64,000 bases of DNA from Macrostomum hystrix (lineage: Eukaryota; Animalia; Platyhelminthes). How positions within the stretch are numbered: the stretch's first letter is position 1; every line of letters starts with the position of its first letter. The DNA lies in assembly GCA_950097015.1 (NCBI GenBank), contig CATNEN010000038.1, positions 24,738,001-24,802,000 of the forward strand, read 5' to 3'. Shown here piece after piece: positions 60,347 through 64,000 of this stretch. The notes beneath the pieces are model-generated. The model ran no database searches. It saw nothing but the letters and a program-made list of their open reading frames with translations, and was not told the origin of the DNA. The position numbers were made by a program, and so were the translations under genes.

Positions 60347-63300
60347 TTACCCAGGTGTCGGCTGTTGCTGATCTGAATCTTCATCCAGAGCAGATCTTGA
60401 AATTAGCTTCAACTGCCGAGCCCGGATGGCACCAAGTCCACTTGCCGTGCCGCGGGTGACGAATATCCCGCCAACTCCGCCGATCTCCATGGGCTCTCCA
60501 CCACGCGTTGAAGCGACTGACTCTGAAGCTGCATGTCCTTGGCGCCTTCGATCAGCAGGGCTGCATGACGAGTGTGAGCGGACTCGGAAATCGCCGCCGC
60601 AGTCGCGCTGATCAATCTCGGCGCATCCGGCAGCTGTGGTCGCCTGTACTGCAACTCCATGGACATGCTGGTGCTGATGCTGCGGCGGCTTCGGTGACAG
60701 AGCCATCGCACCTCCACTACTCGACGCCTGATCGTCTTCAATGTCCATCGAGCCCCAAAGGTCCACGCTTTTCGGCTGGTGGGAGACCGGACGCAGTCCT
60801 CGTCGGCAGTGGCTGTAGTGCAGCGCCGCTGATGTCACCGCCTGCTTGATGCGGCTCAGCGGAATGCCAGCGTGCTGACGGCTGCCTATGCTGAAGGTCC
60901 GTGAGCCGAGGCCAACTGAAGTAAGAAAATAAATTAGCAGGATAAAATTGGTTGCTGATTAGATTCGCCTTACTTTAGTGTGCTGCATACTAACTCTTAT
61001 AAGCCCGGGGCCTTCAGTTCTGTGCCAGCCAGTCTACCTACCCCCGTCCGCGTGCGGATTGGCCCGCGCGGGGCCTTCAGTTCTGTGCCAGCCAGTCTAC
61101 CTACCCCCCGTCCGCGCGCGGATTGGCCCATCGGGTTAAGCTCGCTGCCTCGCCTATAGGCCTGCGAATTTACTAGTTCACGAGCCAGTTTGACGATAAT
61201 TGTTTAGTGATTGATAAACCTGATCTTACTATAGCCTAAGACTAGAATATCCCTCCGCCTAACCTAAGTATCAAAATGAGTATCTACAATATCAGATGTC
61301 CTGTGGTAGTACTGAGAACTGGAGAGACCGAAACTGACCTTCGGAATGCACCGAGAACTCTTGACTGTCGATCCGAGCACCTTGGCCATAGACTCCAGCA
61401 GATATCTTCCGCTGACGCACTGGCACCTGCTGCTGCTGCTGCTGCTGCCTGTGCGTGATCGCTTCGTGATATCCGTAGTTTCCGGCGGAAATCTTTCTTT
61501 GACGCACCGGCGCCTGCTGCTGCCGATCCTGAATCCCATAGATGCCCGCTGAAATCTTTCGCAGTCGCTGAGGCGCCTGCTGCTGCTGCTGCTGCTGCCG
61601 GGGCTCAGGAAGCTGTTCCAGCTCCGGTTGCGACTGCAGATTCAAATGATGCTTCGGCGAGCGGACCTCGGCTTCAGCTGCAGTCAGCAGATTTGAGGCA
61701 GGAGAAGTGGCCTCGTCAGATGCTGCCGACGTCTGACCACAACAGCCGTTAATGGCGCCCATGAGGGTCTCCTGCAGGATGATAGCTTCGTGATGATTGA
61801 ACACCTGGATCGGGTTATAAGTGGTTTCTGAAATTCGAATCTAATGGTTCAAGGAACACTGGGAGAAGAAGGACGGGAAACAACGTTTCTTAGAAAAAAA
61901 TTGAAGGCTGGTTTTCGCGAAAAAAATACACTACGGAGACAGGAAAATATCACTTTTCTCGAATTTAAACGGCGACAGCTTTTGATTGGAAGCAGATAAA
62001 ATGTACAAAACTTGATAACCTTTGGTAGAGCAACACGTTAGGCAAGTTATATGAAAAGAACAGCTTTGTATCTGCTTCCAGTCAAAAGCTGTCACCATTT
62101 AAATTTGAAAAAAAGTTTAAACATTTTCTATCTCTCTGTAGTGTATTTTTTCGCGATAACCAGCCTTCTATTTTTTTCTAAGAAACGTTTCCCAAGTGGT
62201 CCTTGCTGTGATTTTCTTTGAAAAAAAACAGTGCAGGATTCGGAAAAGGTTTAAGCTAGTGAAACTTGATTTCCGATCGATCCTATTTTTACATCAAGTG
62301 GTTTTTCTAGAAAAACTTTCATTGCCTAGAACTATTGATCCTAGTATCATTATTAGTTTCTGATCTCCTTCAGCTACAGCCACCTAACTCCTAGCCTCCT
62401 CTCTGATCTCCTTCAGCTACAGCCACCTCACTCCTAGCCTCCTCTCTGATCTCATTCAGCTACAGCCACCTCATTCCTAGCCTCCTCTCTGATCTCCTTC
62501 AGCTACAGCCACCTCACTCCTAGCCTCCTCTCTGATCTCCTTCAGCTACAGCCACCTCATTCCTAGCCTCCTCTCTGATGTTCTTCAGCCACAGCAGATC
62601 GCCCACCTGCAGGTCCATCTCTCCGGTGCCAAACTGGACCCTAACTGCGTCGTCCTCTCTCTGGCAACGTCGTAGGCAGACCACTAGCAGTCGGAGGTCC
62701 GGCCTACTGACACAGTCGCGGCCGAGGTGCAGCTCGCAGCTGGTGATGCTCAGCACCAGATGCTTCCCAGTCAGCTGACGGGCCTCGCCGCTTCCACGAC
62801 GCACGCTGACCATCGAACAGTAGACAAGGTCGCTCAGCAACGGGCGGATCAGCGGCTTCAGCCGCTCTGACCAGCGGTGATAATCTGCGGCAGAACCGAA
62901 ACGCATCAGCAAAAAGTCGCGTTGAAAAGTCAACGCCAGCAGCTGCTTGCCCGGCTGCTCCTGCGATGGAAGCCGCACGAATTGTTGAACATTTACATTT
63001 ACAATCTTTAAGATTCTCTCGTCATCATGCAGCCTCATTTAACCCTCGACTAATCACCCTTCCACACTCCTGCACCCACCCCTCCGCCACTCTTACACCC
63101 ACCCCTCCGCACTCCTTCACCCACCCCTCCGCCACTCTTACACCCACCCCTCCGCACACTTTCACCCACCCCTCCGCCACTCTTACACCCACCCCCCTTC
63201 TTCACCCACCCCATCCGCCACTCTTCTACCGACCCCTCCGCCACTCCTACACCCACCCACTCGACCCAGTCGCTGGCTGAGCCAGTTTCTCACCTGAAGC

Positions 63301-63500
63301 CAGACTAGCTGATCTACACTCAGTCTCTGGCGCCAGTGTCCGGCAATCATTTGGCGCCTGTCATCGTACCCAACGAGCTGCAGGCCGCCAGCCTCCAGCT
63401 GCAGCTGGAATAGTCGGCGATGTCGACGTTTCGCCTCTGTGTAGGCGTGGGCCTCAAGAAGGACTCGCTCGCTGCGTAGATTCACCTCGGATTCGGACAT
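60347..63500 (-). CDS. Putative PH + PTB-like (IRS/Dok-type) adaptor (exons ~63294-63500, 62556-~63030, 61339-61804, 60347-60915)
   Basis: PH-like C-terminal helix (FGSAADYHRWSERLK) followed by an IRS-PTB-like segment (LVLSITSCELHL...CLRRC...VQFG) and a disordered Ser/Gln-rich tail. Exon junctions 2-3 and 3-4 are in phase; junction 1-2 is unresolved. Confidence 0.55.
61007..61130. repeat. Two-copy ~63 bp direct repeat in an intron
   Basis: ggggccttcagttctgtgccagccagtctacctacccccgtccgcg occurs twice. Confidence 0.9.
61850..62206. mobile_element. Foldback MITE with ~150 bp imperfect TIRs
   Basis: aacgtttcttagaaaaaaattgaaggctggttttcgcgaaaaaaatacactac... is mirrored by ...gtagtgtattttttcgcgataaccagccttctatttttttctaagaaacgtt; termini caaggaacact / agtggtccttg. 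Confidence 0.82.
62357..62592. repeat. 43-mer tandem repeat of an exon end plus splice donor
   Basis: About 5 units; - strand unit gctgaaggagatcagagaggaggctaggaatgag|gtggctgta. Confidence 0.9.
63055..63262. repeat. C-rich 22/23-mer (45 bp dimer) intronic minisatellite
   Basis: cacccacccctccgccactctta and variants. Confidence 0.9.
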
Positions 63501-63567
63501 TGATCTTTAAACTGCACGTTCTTTTCTTCTTGGCTTCTTGACGACTGCTGTTTAGTTTGAACTGCGC

Positions 63568-64000
63568 GAATGTCAGATTGGGGATATTGAATGTCAGATT
63601 GGGGATATTGAATGTCAGATTGGGGATATTGAATGTCAGATTGGGGATATTGAATGTCAGATTGGGATATTGAATGTCAGATTGGGGATATTGAATATCA
63701 GATTGGGGATATTGAATGTCAGATTGGGGATATTGAATGTCAGATTGGGATATTGAATGTCAGATTGGGGATATTGAATATCAGATTGGGGATATTGAAT
63801 GTCAGATTGGGGATATTGAATGTCAGATTGGGGATATTGAATGTCAGATTGGGGAAATTGAATTTCAGATTGGGGAAATTGAATTTCAGATTGGGGATAT
63901 TGAATGTCAGATTGGGGATATTGAATGTCAGATTGGGGATATTGAATGTCAGATTGGGGATATTGAATGTCAGATTGGGGATATTGAATGTCAGATTGGG
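63568..64000. repeat. 21-mer minisatellite (gaatgtcagattggggatatt) running off the window edge
   Basis: About 20 tandem units beginning ~70 bp upstream of the - strand ATG at 63500. Confidence 0.96.

Noticed and set aside
63568-64000. Telomeric repeat
   Set aside because: The unit is a 21-mer with a single GGGG run, not a short TTAGGG-type repeat; treated as a minisatellite.

Overview
Animal (invertebrate) genomic DNA. GT-AG introns, tRNA-derived SINEs and many minisatellites are compatible with a flatworm such as Macrostomum, but the species is an inference. Host genes: a >=6.1 kb single-exon type I ferlin that runs off the left edge; a CUB-like/C-type-lectin membrane protein (-); a 6-exon D-amino-acid oxidase; a 2-exon SCL/TAL bHLH gene that the ORF track missed; an M6PR/ATG27-like receptor; a CAP/GAPR-1-like gene; an intronless rhodopsin-type GPCR; PARPBP (PARI); and a PH-PTB (IRS/Dok-like) adaptor. 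28038-50768 is a head-to-tail ~11.3 kb duplication. Each unit carries an intact tyrosine-recombinase (Crypton) element, the GPCR and a stack of transposon relics. The most notable signal is the Crypton system: two full-length copies, an internally deleted 263 bp derivative whose filled and empty sites are both visible, and a second non-autonomous family. Together these define the element ends. Joining the ends would build one ~150 nt imperfect hairpin with the crossover point next to an unpaired bubble. This resembles the folded single-stranded recombination sites of integron attC and CTXphi attP; the mechanism is inferred, not shown.
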